NCBI GenBank assembly: GCA_032718475.1
Contig: JAUCBJ010007844.1
Span: 1 to 64,000, forward strand
Origin: Nemertoderma westbladi
Lineage: Eukaryota > Animalia > Xenacoelomorpha
Reading direction: 5' to 3'
DNA length: 64,000 nucleotides
In this document: one piece after another, positions 15,001 to 26,500 of the stretch
How the letters are laid out: each line of letters starts with the position of its first letter
How positions within the stretch are numbered: the stretch's first letter is position 1
The notes under the pieces: model-generated
Told to the model about the DNA's origin: nothing
The model's database searches: none
What the model saw: only the letters and a program-made list of their open reading frames with translations
Position numbers and translations under genes: made by a program

Positions 15001-18000
15001 CAGTACTATATGGAGTCCATCAATCAGCAGTTAGAATCAGTACTCCTATATGGAGTCCATCATACAGCAGTTAGAACCAGTTCTATATGGAGTCCTCCAT
15101 ACAGAAGATAGAACCAGTACCATATGGAGTCCATCATACAGCAGTTAGAACCAGTACGATAGAACCAGTACTATATGGAGTCCATCATACAGCAGTTAGA
15201 ACCAGTACTATATGGAGTCCATCATACAGCAGTTAGAACCAGTACTATATGGAGTCCATCATACAGCAGTTAGAACCAGTACTATATAGAGTCCTTCATA
15301 TAGAAGATAGAACCAGTACTATATGGAGTCCATCATACAGCAGTTAGAACCAGTACTATATGGAGTCCGTCATACAGCAGTTAGAACCAGTACTATATGG
15401 AGTCCATCATACAGCAGTTAGAACCAGTACTATATGGAGTCCTTCATACAGAAGATAGATCTAGTACTATATGGAGTCCATCATACAGCAGTAGAACCAG
15501 TACTATATGGAGTCCTTCATATAGAAGATAGAACCAGTACTATATGGAGTCCATCATACAGCAGTTAGAACCAGTACTATATGGAGTCCTTCATATAGAA
15601 GATAGAACCAGTACTATATGGAGTCCATCATACAGCAGTTAGAACCAGTACTATATGGAGTCCTTCATATAGAAGATAGAACCAGTACTATATGGAGTCC
15701 ATCATACAGCAGTTAGAACCAGTACTATATGGAGTCCTTCATACAGAAGATAGAACTAGTACTATATGGAGTCCATCATACAGCAGTAGAACCAGTACTA
15801 TATGGAGTCCTTCATATAGAAGATAGAACCAGTACTATATGGAGTCCATCATACAGCAGTTAGAACCAGTACTATATGGAGTCCATCATACAGCAGTTAG
15901 AACCAGTACTATATGGAGTCCATCATACAGCAGTTAGATCCAGTACTATATGGAGTCCTTCATACAGAAGATAGAACCAGTACCATATGGAGTCCATCAT
16001 ACAGCAGTTAGAACCAGTACTATATGGAGTCCATCACACAGCAGTTAGAACCAGTACTATATGGAGTCCATCATACAGCAGTTAGAACCAGTACTATATA
16101 GAGTCCATCATACAGCAGTTAGAACCAGTACTATATGGAGTCCTTCATACAGAAGATAGAACCAGTACTATATGGAGTCCTTCATACAGAAGATAGAACC
16201 AGTACCATATGGAGTCCATCATACAGCAGTTAGAACCAGTACTATATGGAGTCCTTCATACAGCAGTTAGAACCAGTACTATATGGAGTCCTTCATATAG
16301 AAGATAGATCCAGTACCATATGGAGTCCATCATACAGCAGTTAGAACCAGTAATATATGGAGTCCATCAAACAGCAGTTAGAACCAGTACTATATGGAGT
16401 CCATCATACAGCAGTTAGAACCAGTACTATATGGTGACTATATGGAGTCCATCATACAGCAGTTAGAACCAGTACCATATGGAGTCCATCATACAGCAGT
16501 TAGAACCAATAATATATGGAGTCCATCATACAGCAGTTAGAACCAGTACTATATGGAGTCAATCACACAGCAGTTAGAACCAGTACTATATGGAGTCCAT
16601 AAATCAGCAGTGAGAACCAGTACTATATGGAGTCCATCATACAACAGTTAGAACCAGTACTATATGGAGTCCATCATACAGCAGTTAGAACCAGTACCAT
16701 ATGGAGTCCATCATACAGCAGTTAGAACCAGTACTCATATATGGAGTCCATCATACAGCAGTTAGAACCAGTACTCCTATATGGAGTCCATCATACATCA
16801 GTGAGAACCAGTACCATATGGAGTCCATCATACAGCAGTTAGAACCAGTACTATATGGAGTCCATCATATGGGTCCATCATACAGCAGTTAGAACCAGTA
16901 CCATATGGAGTCCATCATACAGCAGTTAGAACCAGTACTATATGGAGTCCATCATACAGCAGTTAGAACCAGTACTATATGGAGTCCATCATACAGCAGT
17001 TAGAACCAGTATTATATGGAGTCCATCATACAGCAGTTAGAACCAGTACTATATGGAGTCCTTCATACAGAAAATAGAACCAGTACTATATGGAGTACCA
17101 GTACCATATGGAGTCCATCATACAGCAGTTAGAACCAGTACTATATGGTGTCCTTATGGAGTCCATCATACAGCAGTTAGAACCAGTACTATATGGAGTC
17201 CTTCATACAGAAGATAGAACCAGTACTATATGGAGTACCAGTACCATATGGAGTCCATCATACAGCAGTTAGAACCAGTACTATATGGTGTCCTTATGGA
17301 GTCCATCATACAGCAGTTAGAACCAGTACTATATGGAGTCCATCATACAGCAGTTAGAACCAGTACTATATGGAGTCCATCATACAGCAGTTAGAACCAG
17401 TACTATATGGAGTCCATCATACAGCAGTTAGAACCAGTACTATATGGAGTCCATCATACAGCAGTTAGAACCAGTACTATATGGAGTCCTTCATACAGAA
17501 GATAGAACCAGTACTATATGGAGTACCAGTACCATATGGAGTCCATCATACAGCAGTTAGAACCAGTACTATATGGTGTCCTTATGGAGTCCATCATACA
17601 GCAATTAGAACCAGTACTATATGGAGTCCTTCATACAGAAGATAGAACCAGTACTATATGGAGTCCTTCATACAGAAGGTAGAACCAGTACTATATGGAG
17701 TCCTTCATACAGAAAATAGAACCAGTACTATATGGAGTACCAGTACCATATGGAGTCCATCATACAGCAGTTAGAACCAGTACTATATGGTGTGCTTATG
17801 GAGTCCATCATACAGCAGTTAGAACCAGTACTATATGGAGTCCTTCATACAGAAGATAGAACCAGTACTATATGGAGTCCATCATACAGCAGTTAGAACC
17901 AGTACTATATGGAGTCCTTCATACAGAAAATAGAACCAGTACTATATGGAGTACCAGTACCATATGGAGTCCATCATACAGCAGTTAGAACCAGTACTAT

Positions 18001-18863
18001 ATGGTGTCCTTATGGAGTCCATCATACAGCAGTTAGAACCAGTACTATATGGAGTCCGTCATACAGCAGTTAGAACCAGTACTCATATATGGAGTCCATC
18101 ACACAGCAGTTAGAACCAGTACTCCTATATGGAGTCCATCATACAGCTGTTGGAACCAGTACTCCTATATGGAGTCCATCATACAGCAGTTAGAACCAGT
18201 ACTATATGGTGTCCTTATGGAGTCCATCATACAGCAGTTAGAACCAGTACTATATGGAGTCCTTCATACATAAGATAGAACCAGTACTATATGGAGTCCT
18301 TCATACAGAAGATAGAACCAGTACTATGGTGTCCTTATGGAGTCCATCATACAGCAGTTAGAACCAGTACTATATGGAGTCCTTCATACAGAAGATAGAA
18401 CCAGTACTATATGGAGTCCTTCATACAGAAGATAGAACCAGTACTATATGGAGTCCTTCATACAGAAGATAGAACCAGTACTATATGGAGTCCATCATAC
18501 AGCAGTTAGAACCAGTACTATATGGAGTCCTTATGGAGTCCATCATACAGCAGTTAGAACCAGTACTATATGGAGTCCTTCATACAGAAGATAGAACCAG
18601 TACTATATGGAGTCCTTCATACAGAAGATAGAACCAGTACTATATGGAGTCCTTCATACAGAAGATAGAACCAGTACTATATGGAGTCCATCATACAGCA
18701 GTTAGAACCAGTACTATATGGAGTCCTTCATACAGAAGATAGAACCAGTACTATATGGAGTCCATCATACAGCAGTTAGAACCAGTACTATATGGAGTCC
18801 ATCATACAGAAGATAGAACCAGTACTATATGGAGTCCTTCATACAGAAGATAGAACCAGTACT
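1..18863 (+). repeat. Satellite array, 37-bp monomer domain (ATATGGAGTCCATCATACAGCAGTTAGAACCAGTACT) with ~2.6-3.2 kb higher-order repeats
   Basis: Monomer period read directly (e.g. starts at 40 and 77). Domain-typical variants are CCTTCATACAGAAGATAG, GGTGTCCTTATGG and GGAGTACCAGTACCATATGG. Identical marker ORFs at 2527, 5129, 8285, 10959, 14114 and 17090. Confidence 0.97.
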
Positions 18864-19325
18864 ATATGGAGTCCTTCATACAGCAGTTAGAACCAGTACT
18901 CCTATATGGAGTCCATCATACAGCAGTTAGAACCAATACTCCTATATGGAGTCCATCAATCAGAAGTTAGAACCAGTACTCCTATATGGAGTCCATCAAT
19001 CAGAAGTTAGAACCTGTACTCCTATATGGAGTCCATCATACAGCAGTTAGAACCAGTACTCCTTCCTATATGGAGTCCACCATACAGCAGTTAGAACCAG
19101 TACTCCTATATGGAGCCCATCATACAGCAGTTAGAACCAGTACTCCTATATGGAGTCCATCATACAGCAGTTAGAACCAGATATGGAGTCCATCATACAG
19201 CAGTTAGAACCAGTACTCCTATATGGAGTCCATCATACAGCAGTTAGAACCAGTACTCCTATATGGAGTCCATCAATCAGAAGTTGGAACCAGTACTCCT
19301 ATATGGAGTCCATCATATAGCCTAT
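18864..19325 (+). repeat. Satellite, start of the 40-bp monomer domain (37-mer + CCT)
   Basis: Monomers here end ...CAGTACTCCT; the array stops at CATCATATAGCCTAT (19325). Confidence 0.9.
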
Positions 19326-19569
19326 TCATTATTTAGTTGATCAAGAGTGGGTTGGTTTAACCCTGTCAACTAAATAAGTCATTGAGGGCTATAGCGCCTA
19401 GGGCACCATTGAAGGCAAAGGCTTGATACGCATCTGCATTAGAGATGATACACGCCCCCCCCCCCCTGTCTATACTGGATACTCCTCTACCAGTAACCTA
19501 ACCCAGGGGGCACACTTGGTTCAGGGTGTAACAAATGGACCCCTACAGTTGGCAGCAGGGCTGTAGGCC

Positions 19570-19941
19570 ATGGAGGTTAGGCGGAAGGTAATCAACCAAC
19601 GGCTAGACATGCTGACAAGGTCGGCGGAAGGTAATCAACCAACTGCCATGAAGTACAATGACATTGGAAATAGATGGACGTTAGTAACAAGCTCAGCAGT
19701 AAGAAACTCGGCCAATGCATCAATTGGTGGAGTAGGAATTCTGCTACGCCCATTTGCACTTAAGACCCTAAACAACGTTGAATCTATAAATTCCAGGGTT
19801 ATGATCACAACATTTGATGGGAATCCCAAGGCAACAGTTATATGTTGCTACAGTCCACCCAATGCCTCAGAGCCAGAACAAGCATTCAAGTTTTATGAAG
19901 AACTGACTGGACTTATAAAGGACATTCCGAAACACAATTAG
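19570..19941 (+). pseudogene. APE-type endonuclease fragment of an RTE-like LINE
   Basis: WTLVTSSA...GGVGILL...SRVMITTFDGNPKATVICCYSP...FYEEL...IPKHN. Truncated just before the expected GDFN motif; the N-terminal motifs are also missing. Confidence 0.8.
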
Positions 19942-20220
19942 TTTACTCAGTCACTCAGTCAGGGCAGTACGGTGACATTTTATAACCGTCGCCGCCACCA
20001 TCACCAATTATATTACCATTTACTCAGTTCACCATCAACTGTGCTATGTGTTTACTCAGTTCATTTATATATATCCATTAACAATTTCGGAACGATAACA
20101 ATCACTGGCGGCGGGGACGCGTAAATAAACCACACCGCTCGGATCCCGTCACAGGTATATTGAATTGGTGGATAAGTGCTTCAAAGCGGTTTTGAACTTC
20201 TACCATATATTCAATATACC

Positions 20221-20550
20221 AGAATATAGTAACAGCCCACAAGGAATCAGCTAAGAGGCATATCCCCCAGAAACCCAAACGAAAACAGTATGTGCGACTA
20301 CAAAGTTAAAACCGAACAACCAAAAACCGAAAACATTAACAAGGTCGAGAAAGCTAAGGACGATCTTAAATTGTCCTACAACATTAGCCAGGAAAAGTAC
20401 ATACAGGATAAAACTGAAGCAATTACAACTGCTCACATACAGCAACAATCAAAACTTACCTGGTAAACTGTAAATGAGGTATCTGGTCGGAAAAGTTGTG
20501 CAAAGGGGCGCTTCAAAGCCGATAGTCCTGAAGAACGTGTTGGGAAGTGG
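20221..20550 (+). pseudogene. EN-RT linker fragment of the same RTE-like LINE
   Basis: Manual translation gives NIVTAHKESAKRHIPQKPKRKQ, then after a frameshift YIQDKTEAITTAHIQQQSKLTW*TVNEVSGRKSCAKGRFKADSPEERVGKW, with in-frame TAA at 20464-20466. It ends before the RT core. Confidence 0.7.
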
Positions 20551-20555
20551 ATAAT

Positions 20556-23500
20556 CCTATATGGAGTCAATCAATCAGAAGTTAGAACCAGTACTCCTTA
20601 ATGGAGTCCATCAATCAGAAGTTAGAACCAGTACTCCTGTATGGAGTCAATCATACATCAGTTAGAACCAGTACTCCTATATGGAGTCAATCATACATCA
20701 GTTAGAACCAGTACTCCTATATGGAGTCCATCAATCAGAGGTTAGAACCAGTACTCCTTTATGGAGTCCATCAATCAGAAGTTAGAACCAGTACTCCTTT
20801 ATGGAGTCCATCAATCAGAAGTTAGAACCAGTACTCCTATATGGAATCCATCAATCAGAAGTTAGAACCAGTACTCCTATATAGAGTCCATCATACAGCA
20901 GTTAGAACCAGTACTCCTATATGGAGTCTATCAATCAGAAGTTAGAACCAGTACTCCTTTATGGAGTCCATCATACAGCAGTTAGAACCAGTACTCCTAT
21001 ATGGAGTCCATCAATCAGCAGTTAGAACCAGTACTCCTTTATGGAGTCCCTCAATCAGAAGTTAGAACCAGTACTCCTATATGGAGTCCATCAATCAGCA
21101 GTTAGAACCAGTACTCCTATATGGAGTCCATCATACAGCAGTTAGAACCAGTACTCCTATATGGAGACCATCATACAGCAGTTAGAACCAGTACTCCTAT
21201 ATGGAGGCCATCAATCAGAAGTTAGAACCAGTACTCCTATATGGAGTCCATCATACAGCAGTTAGAACCAGTACTCCTATATGGAGTCCATCATACAGCA
21301 GTTAGAACCAGTACTCCTATATGGAGTCCATCAATCAGCAGTTAGAACCAGTACTCCTATATGGAGTCCATCATACAGCAGTTAGAACCAGTACTCCTGG
21401 AGTCCATCATACAGCAGTTAGAACCAGTACTCCTATATGGAGTCCATCAATCAGAAGTTAGAACCAGTACTCCTATATGGAGTCCATCAATCAGAAGTAA
21501 GAACCAGTACTCCTATATGGAGTCCATCATTCAGAAGTAAGAACCAGTACTCCTTCCTATATGGAGTCCATCATATAGCAGTTAGAACCAGTACTCCTAT
21601 ATGGAGTCTATCAATCAGCAGTTAGAACCAGTACTCCTATATGGAGTCCATCATACAGCAGTTAGAACCAGTGCTCCTATATGGAGTCAATCATACAGCA
21701 GTTAGAACCAGTACTCCTATATGGAGTCCATCAATCAGAAGTAAGAACCAGTACTCCTATATGGAGTCTATCATACAGCAGTTAGAACCAGTGCTCCTAT
21801 ATGGAGTCCATCATACAGCAGTTAGAACCAGTACTCCTATATGGAGTCCATCATACAGCAGTTAGAACCAGTACTCCTATATGGAGTCCATCATACAGCA
21901 GTTAGAACCAGTACTCCTATATGGAGTCCATCAGACAGCAGTTAGAACCAGTACTCCTATATGGAGTCCATCATACAGCAGTTAGAACCAGTACTCCTAT
22001 ATGGAGTCCATCATACAGCAGTTAGAACCAGTACTCCTATATGGAGTCCATCATACAGCTGTTAGAACCAGTACTCCTATATGGAGACCATCATACAGCA
22101 GTTAGAACCAGTACTCCTATATGGAGCATCAATCAGAAGTTAGAACCAGTACTCCTATATGGAGTCCATCATACAGCAGTTAGAACCAGTACTCCTATAT
22201 GGAGTCCATCAGACAGCAGTTAGAACCAGTACTCCTATATGGAGTCCATCATACAGCAGTTAGAACCAGTACTCCTATATGGAGTCCATCATACAGCAGT
22301 TAGAACCAGTACTCCTATATGGAGTCCATCATACAGCTGTTAGAACCAGTACTCCTATATGGAGACCATCATACAGCAGTTAGAACCAGTACTCCTATAT
22401 GGAGCATCAATCAGAAGTTAGAACCAGTACTCCTATATGGAGCATCAATCAGAAGTTAGAACCAGTACTCCTATATGGAGTCCATCATACAGCAGTTAGA
22501 ACCAGTACTCCTATATGGAGTCCATCATACAGCAGTTAGAACCAGTACTCCTTCCTATATGGAGTCAGTCCATCAATCATAAGTTAGAACCAGTACTACT
22601 ATATGGAGTCCATCATACAGCAGTTAGAACCAGTACTCCTTCCTATATGGATTCCATCATACAGCAGTTAGAACCAGTACTCCTATATGGAGTCCATCAT
22701 ACAGCAGTTAGAACCAGTACTCCTATATGGAGTCCATCTATCAGAAGTTAGAACCAGTACTCCTATATGGAATCAGTCCATCAATCATAAGTTAGAACCA
22801 GTACTCCTATATGGAGTCCATCATACAGCAGTTAGAACCAGTACTCCTTCCTATATGGAGTCCATCATACAGCAGATAGAACCAGTACTCCTATATGGAG
22901 TCCATCATACAGCAGTCAGAACCAGTACTTCTATATGGAGACCATCATACAGCAGTTAGAACCAGTACTCCTATATGGAGTCCATCAATCAGAAGTTAGA
23001 ACCAGTACTCCTTTATGGAGTCCATCAATCAGAAGTTAGAACCAGTACTCCTATATGGATTCCATCAATCAGAAGTTAGAACCAGTACTCCTATATGGAG
23101 TCCATCAATCAGAAGTTAGAACTAGTACTCCTTTATGGAGTCCATCAATCAGAAGTTAGAACCAGTACTCCTATATGGAGTCCATCATACAGCAGTTAGA
23201 ACCAGTACTCCTATATGGAGTCCATCATACAGCAGTTAGAACTCCTATATGGAGTCCATCATACAGCAGTTAGAATCAGTACTCCTATATGGAGTCTATC
23301 ATACAGCAGTTAGAACCAGTACTCCTATATGGAGTCCATCATACAGCAGTTAGAACCAGTACTCCTATATGGAGTCCATCAATCAGAAGTTAGAACCAGT
23401 ACTCCTATATGGAGTCCATCATACAGCAGTTAGAATCAGTACTCCTATATGGAGTTCATCAATCAGCAGTTAGAACCAGTACTCCACCAATCAGAAGTTA

Positions 23501-26500
23501 GAACCAGTACTCCTTTATGGAGTCTATCATACAGTAGTTAGAACCAGTACTCCTCAATCAGCAGTTAGAACCAGTACTCCTTTATGGAGTCCATCAATCA
23601 GAAGTTAGAACCAGTACTCCGATATGGAGTCCATCATACAGCAGTTAGAACCCGTACTCCTATATGGAGTCCATCATACAGCAGTTAGAACCAGTACTCC
23701 TATATGGAGTCCATCAATCAGAATCAGAAGTTAGAACCAGTACTCCAATATGGAGTCCATCATACAGCAGTTAGAACCAGTACTCCTATATGGAGTCCAT
23801 CATACAGCAGTTAGAACCAGTACTCCTATATGGAGCATCAATCAGCAGATAGAACCAGGAACCAGTACTCCTATATGGATTCCATCATACAGCAGTTAGA
23901 ACCAGTACTCCTATATGGAGTCCATCATACAGCAGTTAGAACCAGTACTCCTATATGGAGTCCATCATACAGCAGTTAGAACCAGTACTCCTATATGGAG
24001 TCCATCAATCAGAAGTTAGAACCAGTACTCCTATATGGAGTCCATCATACAGCAGTTAGAATCAGTACTCCAATATGGAGTCCATCATACAAAAGTTAGA
24101 ACCAGTACTCCTATATGGAGTCCATCATACAGCAGTTAGAACTCCTATATGGAGTCCATCATACAGCAGTTAGAATCAGTACTTCTATATGGAGTCCATC
24201 ATACAGCAGTTAGAACCAGTACTCCTATATGGAGTCCATCATGCAGCAGTTAGAACCAGTACTCCTATATGGAGTCCATCATACAGCAGTTAGAACCAGT
24301 ACTCCTATATGGAGTCCATCATACAGCAGTTAGAATCAGTACTCCTATATGGAGTCCATCATACAGCAGTTAGAACCAGTACTCCTTTATGGAGTCCATC
24401 ATACAGTAATTAGAACCAGTACACCTCAATCAGCAGTTAGAACCAGTACTCCTTTATGGAGTCCATCAATCAGAAGTTAGAACCAGTACTCCTATATGGA
24501 GTCCATCATACAGCAGTTAGAACCAGTACTCCTATATGGAGTCCATTATACAGCAGTTCCTATATGGAGTCTATCAATCAGAAGTTAGAACCAGTACTCC
24601 TTTATGGAGTCCATCATACAGTAATTAGAACCAGTACTCCTCAATCAGCAGTTAGAACCAGTACTCCTTTATGGAGTCCATCAATCAGAAGTTAGAACCA
24701 GTACTCCTATATGGAGTCCATCAATCAGAAGTTAGAACCAGTACTCCTATATGGAGTCCATCAATCAGAATCAGAAGTTAGAACCAGTACTCCTATATGG
24801 AGTCCATCATACAGCAGCAGTTAGAACAAGTACTCCTATATGGAGTCCATCATACAGCAGTTAGAACCAGTAATCCTATATGGAGTCCATCATACAGCAG
24901 TTAGAACCAGTACTCCTATATGGAGTCCATCAATCAGAAGTTAGAACCAGTACTCCTATATGGAGTCCATCATACAGCAGTTAGAATCAGTACTCCAATA
25001 TGGAGTCCATCATACAAAAGTTAGAACCAGTACTCCTATATGGAGTCCATCATACAGCAGTTAGAACTCCTATATGGAGTCCATCATACAGCAGTTAGAA
25101 TCAGTACTTCTATATGGAGTCCATCATACAGCAGTTAGAACCAGTACTCCTATATGGAGTCCATCATGCAGCAGTTAGAACCAGTACTCCTATATGGAGT
25201 CCATCATACAGCAGTTAGAACCAGTACTCCTATATGGAGTCCATCATACAGCAGTTAGAATCAGTACTCCTATATGGAGTCCATCATACAGCAGTTAGAA
25301 CCAGTACTCCTTTATGGAGTCCATCATACAGTAATTAGAACCAGTACACCTCAATCAGCAGTTAGAACCAGTACTCCTTTATGGAGTCCATCAATCAGAA
25401 GTTAGAACCAGTACTCCTATATGGAGTCCATCATACAGCAGTTAGAACCAGTACTCCTATATGGAGTCCATTATACAGCAGTTCCTATATGGAGTCTATC
25501 AATCAGAAGTTAGAACCAGTACTCCTTTATGGAGTCCATCATACAGTAATTAGAACCAGTACTCCTCAATCAGCAGTTAGAACCAGTACTCCTTTATGGA
25601 GTCCATCAATCAGAAGTTAGAACCAGTACTCCTATATGGAGTCCATCAATCAGAAGTTAGAACCAGTACTCCTATATGGAGTCCATCAATCAGAATCAGA
25701 AGTTAGAACCAGTACTCCTATATGGAGTCCATCATACAGCAGCAGTTAGAACAAGTACTCCTATATGGAGTCCATCATACAGCAGTTAGAACCAGTACTC
25801 CTATATGGAGTCCATCATACAGCAGTTAGAACCAGTACTCCTATATGGAGTCCATCATACAGCAGTTAGAACCAGTACTCCTATATGGAGCATCAATCAG
25901 CAGATAGAACCAGGAACCAGTACTCCTATATGGATTCCATCATACAGCAGTTAGAACCAGTACTCCTATATGGAGTCCATCAATCAGAAGTTAGAACCAG
26001 TACTCCTATATGGATTCCATCAATCAGCAGTTAGAACCAGTACTCCTATATGGAGTCCATCATACAGCAGTTAGAACCAGTACTCCTATATGGAGTCCAT
26101 CATACGGCAGTTAGAACCAGTACTCCTATATGGAGTCCATCATACAGCAGTTAGAATCAGTACTCCAATATGGAGTCCATCATACAAAAGTTAGAACCAG
26201 TACTCCTATATGGAGTCCATCATACAGCAGTTAGAACTCCTATATGGAGTCCATCATACAGCAGTTAGAATCAGTACTCCTATATGGAGTCCATCATACA
26301 GCAGTTAGAACCAGTACTCCTATATGGAGTCCATCATGCAGCAGTTAGAACCAGTACTCCTATATGGAGTCCATCATACAGTAGTTAGAACCAGTACTCC
26401 TATATGGAGTCCATCATACAGCAGTTAGAATCAGTACTCCTATATGGAGTTCATCAATCAGCAGTTAGAACCAGTACTCCTATATGGAGTCTATCAATCA

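Larger units (their letters stand above)
19326..20555 (+). mobile_element. Degenerate composite non-LTR retrotransposon remnant (RTE-like): 5' region, partial APE endonuclease, unrelated insert, EN-RT linker; no RT
   Basis: Non-satellite island with recognisable LINE coding fragments in + orientation, interrupted by stops, frameshifts and deletions; bounded by CCTAT on both sides. The RTE assignment comes from recalled motif similarity, not a search. Confidence 0.8.

Noticed and set aside
20125-20138. 14-bp exact match (ATAAACCACACCGC) to the LINE 5' UTR (39209-39222, reverse complement)
   Set aside because: It does not extend convincingly, and one 14-mer match among ~7 kb of unique sequence is plausible by chance.
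19635-20448. Minus-strand ORFs at 19635-19829 and 20251-20448
   Set aside because: Antisense shadows of the RTE fragments.
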